DNA of 64,000 nucleotides from contig OX597815.1 of the NCBI GenBank assembly GCA_951406725.2, positions 44,826,001 through 44,890,000 of the forward strand, read 5' to 3'. Positions within the stretch are counted from its first letter, which is position 1. Every line of letters begins with the position of its first letter. Shown here one piece after another: positions 40,892-53,746 of this stretch. The notes under the pieces are model-generated. The model searched no databases, had not been told where the DNA came from, and saw only the letters and a list, made by a program, of their open reading frames with translations. Source of the stretch: Octopus vulgaris (taxonomy: Eukaryota). The position numbers and the translations under genes were made by a program.

Positions 40892-41174
40892 TACAAGAGC
40901 GGCGAGAGCAGTCAGCCCTGGACCGAGAGTGCGATGCATAATGGTTCCGAGCGATGACACTTTACTTTGACTACAGATACCACCTAATTGCTTTTCACTA
41001 TAGCCACAGGGCCAGCAATTTAAGGGAGTTTAGACAATACGATCCATCTCAGTACTTCACTGGTATTATATTTTATTGGCCCCTAAAAGAATCAGTGAAA
41101 AAAGTTTATTTATGAATTCTTATTGGATAACAGATTAAATATGAAATATAAAAATAAATCATGAAAATATTCTA

Positions 41175-42057
41175 TGTGGTGATATCAAAAGGTTCCCGGA
41201 CTAGTTATGTTTAATAAAAAATAAGTTACTTAGCTAAGTTTTAACATCTTCTTTGAAATAGTCACCTTCCGCAGCCAGCACTACACCGATCCCAGCGTTC
41301 TTGCCACTGTTGGAATCCGGCCTGGAAGTCGTTTTCTGTGAGCGAGTCGCGAACCCTCTACGATTCGCTCTTGATCTCGACAAAGGTGTTAAAACGGCGA
41401 CCTTTTCAGTTTGGGGAAAAGATGGAATTCCGCAGGTGCTAAATCTGGTGAATAGGGCGGGTGTGGAAGCGATACCATATTGTCTTTGGAGAGGAACTCA
41501 CGAGTGAGGAGAGCACGGTGAAGAATTGAATTCTTCATGCTTCACAGATCTGGTCGCTTTCGCCGAATGTCCTCCTTCAGGCGCTTCTAAACCTCGCAGT
41601 ACAAATTTCGATTGTCGGACTTGGTGGTCAAATTCTCGATGCACAACCCCACATTTCCGAGAATGACGCTCGTGGCAGGTCTTTGATATTGCTCATCGTC
41701 TTCCAGGAACGTTCTTCCGCTTTTGAAGCACCCATGCCACTTGAATCATTGCGCACGACCCATTGCTTGGTCGCTGTAAGTTTGCCGAAGCATGCCCAAT
41801 GGCTCTGTAGTAGACTTCCCAAGTTTAACGCAAGCTTTCGAATTGGCTCTTTGTTCCTGTCCATGACAAAATCGCAGTCTACAGCATAGACGTGACTACA
41901 AAACAACGAATTTCACAACTTGCGAAGTAAACACAGCTATGTCATCGGCACACTACCTCATTAAGGTCACTGCTAGCTCTCATTGTTCACGGAACTGTGT
42001 GCTGCCATCTGTTGACGCGCTACAGAACCAGTCCGGGAACTTTTTGATACCACCTCG
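41175..42057 (-). mobile_element. Internally deleted mariner element
   Basis: TIRs TA|TGTGGTGATATCAAAAGGTTCCCGGACT and AGTCCGGGAACTTTTTGATACCACCTCG|TA. Minus-strand remnant 'VKLGKSTT..MLRQTY..FKWHGCFKSGRTFLEDDE'. Confidence 0.9.
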
Positions 42058-42373
42058 TATAATTATTAATTATTCTATTTGTGTATATATGAAATTAAAG
42101 CCCTAATTTACTTGCAGGGGGTAATTTAGCCGGGTCAATTGTCTTCAATTACCCAGGAGGCAGTTGTCAAGGAGTAATTATCCGGAGACAGTTGTTGGAA
42201 AGATAGTTGACCTGATGCTAAATTTGAGGCCTGGCGTCTTTGTCAGAAACCAATATACTTAATATGCTTCATTTTACGTATTTGTGTGCTTGTTTATGCG
42301 TGACTGTACATATGTGTGTGAGCAGGTGAGCAAAAGAGAGAGGTGGGGAGGAACAGAGGAGAGAGATAAAGAA

Positions 42374-42448
<75 letters not shown>

Positions 42449-42572
42449 AAAGAAAGCAAGATAGAAAGCAAGAAAGAAAGGAAGAAAGAAAGCAAGGAAG
42501 AAAGCAAGCAAGCAAGAAAAAAGAAAGAAAGAAAAGAAGAAAGAAAGAATGAATGAAAGACAGTAAGAAAAC

Positions 42573-42612
<40 letters not shown>

Positions 42613-43286
42613 AAAAGAAAGAAAGAGAGAAAGAGAGAAAGAGAGAGAGAAAGAGTTATGGGTGTGTGTGTCCTTGTGTTTAAACTCCTTCATTAAGAAA
42701 AACATTCTCTTCCTAAATCATAGTTTAGACAGTGCAGTACAAAAATACGGTGAAGGCAAAAAAATGGGAATTATAAGTGAGGCGATAATGACAATGTAGG
42801 CAGTGTGAAAGGATTGCCATATGCTATTTTTAACAAACGATCTTCAGTTTTATTTTAATTTCTCAATATGTTTTGACACCACTATTACAGATTTATAAAT
42901 AACCTCTAGTTTCCGTTAAACTCGAATCGGTTTCGAAAGGGTACAAATAAAATAGACTTTTATTCATCGAAAAGGATTTTTAACCCAATCTTTACCCGTT
43001 ATGACTCATAGCTTTATTTGCTTTGACAGTTCCCCCACCCCACCCCAAAAAATTATTTCACGTTCTCTCAAAGTTTCTAATTTCTTAGAACATCAACAGC
43101 ATACAATTCTTGCCGATAAGAACAAAGTTTATAAAATGAATAGAGACAATGGAAGAATTGTTTTGGTCTAGAAAATATCTATCATATTTTATAGAAAATA
43201 TGGGTTCGAATCCCGCGTAAGCTTTTAACTTTTTTCAAACCAAAGGGCTTTTTAACTGAAGATTTACATGTTATTATTCAAAACTC

Positions 43287-43355
<69 letters not shown>

Positions 43356-44134
43356 TTTCAGTTTCACTGTTCTTAAGTAGAATAAAGAGACAAATACAAA
43401 CTGATATTACCAATTTAAAAATGCGATATACATATCCCGACCAAATCTACATCATAATCACAGTTTCAATCTCCACTATATACATTAGATTCTCACACAC
43501 AAACCTACGCTTATTCGATTACACACCCAATATCATAATCATGAACCCTATTAACTTTAATAAGCCGGTGTACGCAATTGAGACAATACAAAATTAAAGC
43601 ATCTATCTTTATCTTATCATTTTTATCGATTTCATTCATTAGACTGGAGTCGAATAAATCGACTCCAGTACTTATCTTTTTTTTTTTAAGTCTGGTATTT
43701 ATTCTATCGGTTTCTGTTTGCCGAAATGCTAGGTTACAAGATCGTAAACAAACCGACACCGGTTGTCAAGAGGTGGTGTGAGACAAATACAGACACAAAG
43801 GCACACATGTACACACACAATCACACACACACACACGTGTGTGTATGTATATATATATATATGAAAAATCAACGAAAATGCACATTGCAAATAAAAAAAA
43901 GGCTATTTATGAAAGGTAACGACTAATATATACATTTAGATAGACTGAGGTAGTAATACGAGTCATAAAAATCATTATTATGAGATGATTATAAGATGAT
44001 AATAAAGTAAGAGAACAAAACGGACCATGGTTATATATATATAATCGCGAGTACGATGAATTTGAACATTTTAGGTCAGATATTACCTAGGCATGGATGT
44101 AGCTGCCTCGTGTAATTTCTGTCCCTTCTGGCTC

Positions 44135-44244
44135 CTTTACTGATGAGCGCGTGGCCTTTTGGAAGATTGACTTGATTAATTTTAATTTAATTTAATCAGG
44201 CTGGTTTACCATTAAAAAACGCCGAAACAATGCATTGTCTAAAG
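44135..44244 (+). ncRNA. Type-I hammerhead ribozyme with long stem II
   Basis: CUUUA-CUGAUGA-[77 nt]-GAAA-CAAUGCAUUG-UC-UAAAG. Canonical core, perfect 5-bp stem I and a 12-nt palindromic stem III. Confidence 0.8.
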
Positions 44245-44661
44245 AAGAACAGGGTAAATGTTTTTTTTAATTTTTCCTTAGATTTCGGAATTACTACTAT
44301 TTGCGGTTGGAGCCCTGGCTGCTATTTCTAGTGGGTCGAACGGCCTATTGTAGCCGTTCCTCAATTGTTGTTGAATATATATATATATACGATGGACTTC
44401 TTTTAGTTTCCGTCTACAAAATACACTTAGAAGGCTTTGGTCGGCTCCAGGCTATAGTAAAAGACATTTGTCCAATGTGCAACGCAGTGGGACTAAACTT
44501 GGAAACATGGTTGGGAAGCAAGCTTCTAACCACAAAGCCACACCTACACAAAATACTGCAGCTTCGAGCGATATAAAATCTTCTATAGTGGTACTCTGTT
44601 AACAACACAATGTGAGGTATATCGGAAGCAGATACATCGACCTAGTGACAGCATGCGAAAA

Positions 44662-44702
44662 CGCCAGATGCATTTCGGCCTTGTTGAGCGTTGTCAATGA
44701 TG
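44662..44702 (-). ncRNA. Degenerate hammerhead motif (U3-A8), inverted, upstream of the Penelope ORF
   Basis: Reverse complement: CAUCA-UUGACAA-CGCU-caacaa-GGCC-GAAA-UGCA-UC-UGGCG. Confidence 0.55.
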
Positions 44703-44799
44703 TGCACTCGAGCTCACGTGTGTACGAGCTCACGTGTGTAGCTCACGTGTGTACGAAATGTGTCGCTTTTCATATAGCAATAATAAATATTGCTACAAA

Positions 44800-45730
44800 A
44801 TCTCTAATTACTCTGGAAAAATTTAATATACCCCTAAACAATCTACACCCAACTCTCCAATTTACAAAGGAGAGGATTAGTACAGTGATAATTAAAAGTG
44901 ACACCACAATCACCATTGATATATGCTATAAACATACAGACAGACATCAGTACCCGAATTTCAACTCGTGCCATCCAACACATACAACACATACAAAATG
45001 CAATGCCTAGCCAGAAAAATGTGTACTGTTGTAGAAGATGTGAATAACAGAACTCAAAGAACTTCTACTCAAACAAAAATGCCTATCTCTACTTATAGGA
45101 AATGTTATACAGCGTACTATAGAAATACCCCAAAAGAGGAAAACAAGAACAAACCATGTCATTTATAGTGACACACAATCCATGTCACCAAATTATCTTT
45201 AGCATTGCCAAAGCAAACTTACCGATCATTGCTCAAAGTAATGAATAAACGGATATAAGTAAAAGATATCCGAGAAACTTGAAAAAAATTTGACCCAAGT
45301 CAAAGTTTGATCTAAGCAAAAATGACGAAGAATTCATTGTATCTAAATGCAACGACAATCGATGTGGTACATGTCACTTTATACATATCGGTCCATATAT
45401 GATCACAAAAACGGAAAGAATATTTATATATACAAATATGAACTGCAAAAGCAAAAATTTAATTTGCTGCATCAAATACCCGAATTGTAAAGAGATATAC
45501 ATTGGTCAGACTGGGAATACATTATCGAAACGTTCACGTGTGCACCGACAGCAAATCAGGAATCCTGATGTCTGTCAGACACCTTCAAGCAACCATCTGG
45601 CAACATGTGGTCAGAAAAGTTTATGATATTCCCATTCTACAAATTACATAACTCAAGTGAAATTGAGAGAAAAGTCAGAGAAAAGAATTTTATTGACAAA
45701 TTCAAACCCGTTCTAAATAAGCAGTTATAG
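44800..45730 (+). pseudogene. Penelope-like RT thumb, Zn-linker and GIY-YIG endonuclease remnant
   Basis: 'LNNLHPTLQFTKE', 'YKHTDRHQYPNFNSCHP', 'KCNDNRCGTC', 'NCKSKNLICCIKYPNCKEIYIGQTG..RSRVHRQQI', 'REKNFIDKFKPVLN'. Confidence 0.92.
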
Positions 45731-46402
45731 TAACACTGATAATTATAAAGGTGATGGCGATAATAATATTTACTACTACTATTATTACTACTTCTACTAC
45801 CACCACCACTAACAACAACAATGATAAAAGTGATGGGAGGATGTTAGTAGTATTAACCAAATGAACATTGTAAAGAGATTCTACTGAAATGTAAACTTTT
45901 CCGGAGTAACAATAGAATTCAATGAAAACAGAAATGCTGTTTACATTCCAAAATATAGCTAAATAAGTATTCCTTTGGGTGCAAGAATCCTTGACCTGCC
46001 CACCAAATCATGATGACTAAGCCACATACTGATTGGTTGAAATACAGTTAGAACTTAGTTGGTGCGCTCACCAAACCATAAGATCTAATCCACATGCTGA
46101 TTGGTCAACATACTGTTCCTAAGACTCGGCCTGTTGGAGCCCATCGGAGAGTATTTAAAGGATAAATCCAACTATTTCGCTACAGTTTCCAATTGTTGAA
46201 CACGATTTTCACTACATAAACCTGATTATTGCATAATGCATGAAAGTACTAGTTTATTTCAATATTGTAAAATTGTAAAATTATAAATATTGCAAATAAT
46301 AAAACGTGAAAATCAAATGTTGGAATTTCATGTGTGTGTATGTGTTATATTATATATATACGCACACATGCACACATCCACCATCAGGTTATCCATAGTT
46401 AC

Positions 46403-46403
<1 letters not shown>

Positions 46404-46433
<30 letters not shown>

Positions 46434-46507
46434 TGTATGTATGTATGTATGTATGTATGTATGTATGTATGTATGTATGCATGTATGTATGCATGTATGT
46501 ATGTATG

Positions 46508-46539
<32 letters not shown>

Positions 46540-46569
46540 CATGTATGTATGTGTGTATGTATGTATGTG

Positions 46570-46603
<34 letters not shown>

Positions 46604-46629
46604 TGTATGTATGTATGTATGTATGTATG

Positions 46630-46663
<34 letters not shown>

Positions 46664-46742
46664 TGTATGTATGTGTGTATGTATGTATGTATGTATGTAT
46701 GTATGTATGTATGTATGTATGTATGTATGTATGTATGTATGT
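46404..46742. repeat. (TATG)n microsatellite
   Basis: Directly visible. Confidence 0.98.
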
Positions 46743-47290
46743 AGTGGTCGAGTCGATAGATTGCTTGCGCCTTTTTATCAAACCAATGCAACCTGACTCG
46801 CAATACTCCAGCTTGTTTTGGAATTTAAGCCTGTAAAAAAGTAATCTTAACAAAATTGAAAATGTAAAAGAAGTAAACCTTTATACTCCCTGCCTGCCTT
46901 TTACCTTCTCCGTAAAAAGTAAAAGGCGAGCAGGGAGGATAAACTAAAGAATGAAAGATATGAAGTAAGAAGTAATAAAGAAAATTAAAAGAGATCATGA
47001 AAACGAATACAAACATAGTTAAAAGAGTAATCTAAAAAATGGTGGCAACGAAACACGATGAAAGAAATGCAGAAAGAAATACGAAACAAAGAAATGAAAA
47101 CCTCGTTGATTACTAAATCGGGGGTATTCTACAATAGAATGTTCAATGTAAATGGTTCTTCTAAGATTACAATGTTTTACTTCGAGTAAAGTAGGATAAA
47201 CTAGATACCGGGATACTGTAGTTTTAGGAACGAGGTGATGAAAGGAGATAGGAAATAACCTCCCGATTACTTGATGAATATAATGTGTGC

Positions 47291-47327
<37 letters not shown>

Positions 47328-48282
47328 CGCATGCGTGCGTCCGTATAGCAAGAGAACAAAGAATTACTTAGAAGCTGCCTATCACCAGAATGCCCCTTTT
47401 GTTATGTTAGATTTCATTAGCGTGTTCTCAGTTCTCAAAACCAAGGTGATATTGCATGCTTTAGTTAGGTGTTGAATAGCTGTTAGAACTAATTCGGATC
47501 ATTTGACAAGTTGTACATCTTTGATAATCCACGTATGTGATAATTATCGTAGTGTGATATAATATCCATGAGTCGCTTTATCTCTGTTCAAAACACCTTT
47601 TGAGAACACGTTTTTGTCAATACTTAAGTATCTGTAGCATTTTTTTTTTATATATATTAGAAGAAAAATAGAAAGACCGCTTGTGGAAATGTTTCGGATT
47701 TGCAAACTCTCCAATGTCAGGGCGCTACATCACTAACAGCCGGCATCTTACGGGCTTGAAACTCAAGAATAACCGAAAGGATACGGGAGATAATACGTGA
47801 GATAATGCCTACCAACACGAATTTCGATGTGTTAATCAATTTTTTAAATAAAAAATGTTCTCTAACCGGTAAATTGGCTGCTGTAATTTATTAACTGCAG
47901 AGTAATTTCCGGCTTCAGCGCGCCAAAGTGAAGGCATTTGAACGATACACCTAAAAATAATGTGTAGAACTTTATACATACTCGATTTCGGTTGAGCTTT
48001 ATGTATCTAGTTCTGGAAATTATGTTTTGTAAACGACAGACTATGCTGATGATCTTGCAGATATTTGCATGTCCATATACGTAAATATTAACAAGTGAAA
48101 CCAATGGTACATAGGTTATCATTTTTTATTTCGTATATTTTCATTCGTCTTGCTTACTTTTACATTTTTTTGCTGAAATTTTTCTTGAGAACACATTCTT
48201 CATGGTAATGGCGATTTGACTTCTATGTTTAGCATATAGGCTGTCCACTTTTGTGGTTATTCCTCGACATTGTGTGTGTGTC

Positions 48283-48657
48283 ATGACTGTGGCCATGCTG
48301 GAGCACCGCCTTTTAGTCGAGCAAATCGACCCCGGGGCTTATTCTTTGTAAGCCCAGTACTTATTCTGTCGGTCTCTTTTGCCGAACCGCTAAGTAACGG
48401 GGACGTAAACACACCAGCATCGGTTGTCAAGCAATGCTAGGGGGACAAACACAAACACACAAACACACACACACACATATACATATACATATATACGACA
48501 GTCTTCTTTCAGTTTCCGTCTACCAAATCCACTCACAAGGCATTGGTCGGCCCGGGGCTATAGCAGAAGACACTTGCCCAATATGCCACGCAGTGGGACT
48601 GAACCCGGAACCATGTGGTCGGTTAGCAAGCTACTTACCACACAACCACTCCTGCGC
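48283..48657 (-). mobile_element. SINE (major family)
   Basis: Reverse complement of the 62995-63362 family. Confidence 0.9.
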
Positions 48658-50023
48658 TCTATGTGCATGTATGCTTATATTCTTTTTGAAGTTTAGTAAA
48701 ATGCTAAAAAAATATTGGGTGTAAGGATCGTCTTACAAATAAGTGACAAATAAAAAATTACGCTTAAAACTCCTTCTTCAGACAAAAGATGACATCATGG
48801 ATGTAACTGAAGACAGTTTCCTTTTATTTAATTTTGAAAATTCTAAGAAACCATATCGAATATGTTTTGGGGCACCCAACTGAAGAGAACGGGTTCAATT
48901 TCAAATGTTAGGTTTTATTTCAATCTTCCTTTAAATTTTTCTTCTGGGCTATTTCTTTCTTTAAATGCGTATGTGTGTGTATGTGCATCTGTATGCTTGT
49001 ATGTATATACAAATGTTTGTATGTATAGGAATATAAGTACATATATGTACACCTGTGTATATGTATGCGCTTATGTATGTATTTGTGTATGTATGTATGT
49101 ATGTATGTACGTATGCATGTGTGTGCATATATGAGCGTATGTATGTCTGTATATGTATATATCTATATATGTATGTACATGTGTATGTGTGTATGTATGT
49201 ATGTATGTATGTATGTATGTACATGTGTGAAACCATGTATGTACTAATGATTGTATGTTTATTGGCATACATGCATATATGTGTGCATATATGTGCATGT
49301 TTGTATGCATGCATATATGTACTATGCAAGAACGCATGTGCACATGTGTCGTGTGTACGCATAAATGCAACATGGCTGATTGGTCAAGGAGCTCGTTTCA
49401 GGATAGTCCTCGTCCCGACCCAGACCTTATGAATGAAATTGGGTCGGGGGATACAATGGGGAAGCCTGTTCGCTGGATTGAACCTGTAATTCAAAAGTCC
49501 AACCTTTTATGGCACGCAGATCCTGCTTGAAGATTACGGGAATGGTACGTAGTCCGTGAAATATCCAGCTACTTACACGCCTCTTCATTGAGCCATGACT
49601 TAGTTGACTGAACAAACGGATAGTCATCGTTGAAACTGATACTGTTTCGTAATTAAGTATATTCTCGTACGTATGTTGGTACATATGTACTTATGCATGC
49701 ACTCATTTCTTCTACTATTTTACTTGTTTCAATCTTTGAACTGCGACCAAGTTGGAGCACTGCCTTGCAGTATTTTAGACCAATGGTTCTAAACCACTTT
49801 TTTTAATCCTTGTTTTATTCGGATGGACCCTGATAGCCATTCGATGTTTCAAAAATCTTTTTATAATGTTAACATTAAATATTATTAAGAATTGTTTTGA
49901 AAATATTGATAAAATTGTTATGGCGCAGGTGTGGCTGTGTGGTAAGAAGCTTGCTTCCCAATCACATAGTTTCAGGTTCAGTCTCATTGCGTGGCACCTT
50001 GAGCAAGTATCTTCTGTTGTATA

Positions 50024-50074
<51 letters not shown>

Positions 50075-50079
<5 letters not shown>

Positions 50080-50310
50080 CGTGATCACCGTGACCGACCA
50101 TGCTATCAGATGTTCCTACAAATCGCTGGTCCCAATACGCTTCGCATTGTTTTAGCCTTCAAATGACGCCATCCCGCTGGCTAAGCAAGCAGACCAACAG
50201 AAGATAGAGTGAGAGAAAGCTGTGGCGAAAGAGTACAGCAGGGTTCGCCACCAAAACTCTGCCGGAGCCTCGTGGAGCTTTTAGGTGTTTTCGCTCAATA
50301 AACACTCACA
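50075..50310 (-). mobile_element. SINE lacking its 5' head
   Basis: Reverse complement of 50368-50601; (CACGGTGAT)n tail. Confidence 0.9.
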
Positions 50311-50350
50311 ATATATATAAAATATATATATATATATATATATATGTCGA

Positions 50351-50596
50351 GGCGCAATGGCCCAGCGTTGTGTGTGTTTATTGAGCGAAAACACCTAAAG
50401 CTCCACGAGATTCCGGCAGGGGGTGGTGGCGACCCCTGCTGTACTCGTTCGCCACAACTTTCTCTCACTCATTTTCTGTTGGCCTGCTCGCTTAGCCAGC
50501 GGGGTGGCGTCATTTGAAGGCTAAAACAATGCGAAGCGCATTGTAACCAGAGATGTGTAGCAACATCTGATAGCCTGGTCGGTCACGGTGATCACG

Positions 50597-50601
<5 letters not shown>
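50351..50601 (+). mobile_element. SINE with partly deleted tRNA head
   Basis: GGCGCAATGGCCCAG head; (CACGGTGAT)2 tail running into (TA)n. Confidence 0.9.
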
Positions 50602-50632
<31 letters not shown>

Positions 50633-50634
<2 letters not shown>

Positions 50635-51376
50635 TAGAGAAGTCTCAATAAAAGATGAAAGTAACTATACAAGGAAGTAATATTTATCGTTACATCAATA
50701 TGACTGTTCGACGTTACTATTGTTTTAACCCTAGGCAGATCTTCTGCCAGCTGGCTGCCGGTGCAACATGCACCCTGTATATATTGCATCAAGGGAGCGA
50801 ACCCCTAGCATCCTCTAGCAAACGATGCTCAATATGACGCACAGTGGGACCGAACGGTTTTGGCCTAGTTGTGCTCATCTGGAGAATGGTAGGGGTTCGC
50901 TCCTCTGCTTGCAATATATACAGTTTTCACGTTGCACCGATAACCAGCTGCCGGATTATCTGCCTAGGGTTAAAACGGTAGTAACGTCTAACAGCCATAT
51001 TGATGTGATGATAAATATTACTTCTTAATATAGTTACTACTTTAATCTCTTATTCAGATTTTTCTGACTAGCTATTTTGCCTGTTACAAAATTAGTCACC
51101 GATGGTCGCTTAATTTCGTATATATTGCGAGCTAAAGCGAATCCCTGCTAGTTCTAGCAGTCGGGTGTTCACGATTAAAGATGTGCACACGTTGCGCGAA
51201 ACCCTTCGGTCTCGTAATCCCGTCGTCTGCTGGAGGTTGGTAGGGGCTCGCTCCCATGCTTACAATATATAAGGGGTGCAAGTTGCACCGGTAACCAGCT
51301 GGTAGAAGATCTGCCTGGGGTTAAAACGGTACTAACTTCGAACAGCCATATTGATGTTGCGATAAATATTACTTCC
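50633..51376 (+). mobile_element. Retrozyme-like element: ~351-nt monomer in partial tandem plus an inverted copy
   Basis: Inverted arm 50633-50825. AACCAGCTG recurs at 50942 and 51293 (offset 351). HHR at 51171-51215. Confidence 0.78.
51171..51215 (+). ncRNA. Hammerhead motif with decayed core
   Basis: ACGA-UUAAAGA-U-GUGCA-cacgu-UGCGC-GAAA-CC-cuuc-GG-UC-UCGU. All three stems pair; the core differs from CUGAAGA at two positions. Confidence 0.65.
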
Positions 51377-51379
51377 GTG

Positions 51380-51769
51380 TGAGTGTGTGTTTGTGTATGT
51401 GTGTGTCTTTGAGAATGTATTTTCCCCCTCCACCACTTGACAACTGGGGCTGGTGTGTTTATGTCTCCGTAACCTTAGCAGTTCCGCAAAAGAGATCGAC
51501 AAAATAAGTACCAGGCTTTAAAACGAAACGTATTGGAGACAGTTCTTCAAGGCGGTGTCTGTATTTGCCCCCCCCCCCCCAGCTCTGCTTGACAATCAGT
51601 GTTTGTGTGTTTACATCCCTGTAACTTAGCGGTTCCGCAAAAGAGACAAACGGAAATAAGTACTCGACTTGTAAAAAAAATAAGTCCTGGGGGGGCCGAC
51701 TTCATCGACTAAAATAGCTTTCAAAGTAGTGGCCGCAGTCAATTTATTGAAATAAGTAAAAAGGTAAAA

Positions 51770-51772
<3 letters not shown>
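51380..51772 (+). mobile_element. Two tandem 3' halves of the major SINE family
   Basis: CTTGACAA..GTAAC(C)TTAGC..TTCCGCAAAAGAGA occurs twice. Confidence 0.75.
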
Positions 51773-51809
<37 letters not shown>

Positions 51810-52159
51810 GGGATCCGGACAAAAGACCCCTAGGGCAAAGGCCCCACGGACAAGAACCCCATAGTTAAAGTGTGAAAGTGGACAAAGTCCTCTCGGAAAA
51901 ATGCCCCACGGTTATATTTTTCGGTTATTTTTTTTTTTTCGTTTTTTTTCTTTTTGCTTGTTGCAGTCATTAGACTGTGGCCCCATAAAATGAAGGGTGA
52001 GGGAAATAACATTGAATAATGTAGTCCTAGATACGCGATGCTCGAAAAAAGACGAGATTGTCACGGCTGGAATTCTTTTGACAGCGGATATATCCTGTTG
52101 ATTAGAGATGATATGAACAACAAAAACAATAACAACATCGAAAATACAAACTTAACATT

Positions 52160-52551
52160 TACTCTTTTGCCCTTTTACACGTTTCAGTCATTTGACTGCG
52201 GCCATGTTGGAGCGTCGCCTTTAGACGAAGAAATCGACCCCAGGACTTATTCTTTATAAGCCTAGTACTTATTCTATCGGCTCTTTTGCCGAACCAGTAA
52301 GTTTTGGGGACATAAACACACTAACATTGGTTGTCACGCGATATTGGGAGCACAAAGACATACACAAAGACACACACATAAATATATATCCATATATTTA
52401 TATACACGACGGGCTTCTTTCAGTTTCCGTCTATCAAATCCACTCACAAGGCTACAGTAGAAGACATTTGCTCAATATGACGCATAGTGGGACTGAGCCC
52501 GGAACCATGTGGTTGGGAAGCAAGCTTCTTACCATATAGCCACGCTTGCGC
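52160..52551 (-). mobile_element. SINE (major family)
   Basis: Reverse complement of the 62995-63362 family. Confidence 0.88.
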
Positions 52552-53167
52552 AATATTTTTTTTTATCTTGGTTCTCTGCATTTCACAATATCAATTCTTC
52601 TCATTCACTGACCTATGCTAACAAGTAGCAATGGATCCTATTATAAGAAAGAAAGAAAGAAAGAAAGAAGTTGAAATAAACAATAAAGGGAATGTTTATA
52701 TTGGGTTGCTATATTTTTAGTATAATGGTTACGGGTTTGCAGAGGAGAAGTTGTAACTCTGCTATACGTTACATACATATCAAATAACAAGTATAACCAT
52801 GAAAAAACCAAGTAAACAAATCTATTATGATAGTAATCAATGAGCTATCATGTACCAAATATAACGTCATCGGTGGTGTAGGAGTAAACTTAGTCTTTTC
52901 TCGTACAGAAACAGCCCCTATTTAAATGAATTTTACGGTGTGTAATAAAAAAAGATAACTTGCAAAAGCGTAACAAAATATATTTATTCAATGAATGGAA
53001 AACACTGTGATTTAAATAGAAAATAGAAATGAAAGGAAAACATTTGTAATTTAAATAGAAAATGAAAAAAATTCACGAGTTTTTTTAGAATAATTTGGTT
53101 CCAATGTTGTGCATTGCAAACGACTGACCACAGGCTCAAACTAAAACACTCCTTTTCTCTTTCCTCG

Positions 53168-53512
53168 TATCATCATCATCATCATCATTGTTTAACGTCC
53201 GTTCTCCATGCTAGCATGGGTTGGACGGTTCGACCGGGGATCTGGGAAGCCAGAAGGCTGCACCAGGCTCCGGTCTTATCTGGCAATGTTTCTACAGCTG
53301 GATGCCCTTCCTAACGCCAACCACTAGTGGGTGCTTTTTACGTGCCACCTGCACTGGTGCCAGGCGAGGCTGGCATCGGCCACGGTCGGATTGGTGCATT
53401 TTATGTGCCACCTGCACGGAAGCCAGTCGAGGCGGCACTGGCCTCGGCCACGATTCGGATGGTGCTTTTTACGTGCCACTGACACGGAAGCCAGTCGAGG
53501 CGGCGCTGGCAT
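53168..53512 (-). mobile_element. RTE-related non-autonomous retroposon with internal ~65-bp tandem (x3)
   Basis: (TGA)n tail on the minus strand; GGTTGGCGTTAGGAAGGGCATCCAGC is RTE-5'UTR-like; GGTGC(T/A)TTT(T)A(C/T)GTGCCAC occurs three times. Confidence 0.65.
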
Positions 53513-53661
53513 ATCTATGTTTTAGGCGACATATACATTAATAGGAAATAGTTGTTTATGGTGATGTTACTGATGTTAGTATGTAAACTATAAAACCGGT
53601 AATTAATCATATATAGTAGAATGGCAATGCTAATGTTCAAGTGACATATTTATTTATTCGA

Positions 53662-53708
<47 letters not shown>

Positions 53709-53746
53709 TGGCGAAAATAATTTAAGACCGATTATAAAAGTTCTAT

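Noticed and set aside
47680-47725. Minus-strand CUGACAUUGGA..UCCGAAAC
   Set aside because: G8/A9 are missing and there is no convincing stem I or III.
53330-53512. CRISPR-like repeat-spacer appearance
   Set aside because: The 'spacers' resemble each other (a tandem minisatellite), the context is eukaryotic and there are no cas genes.
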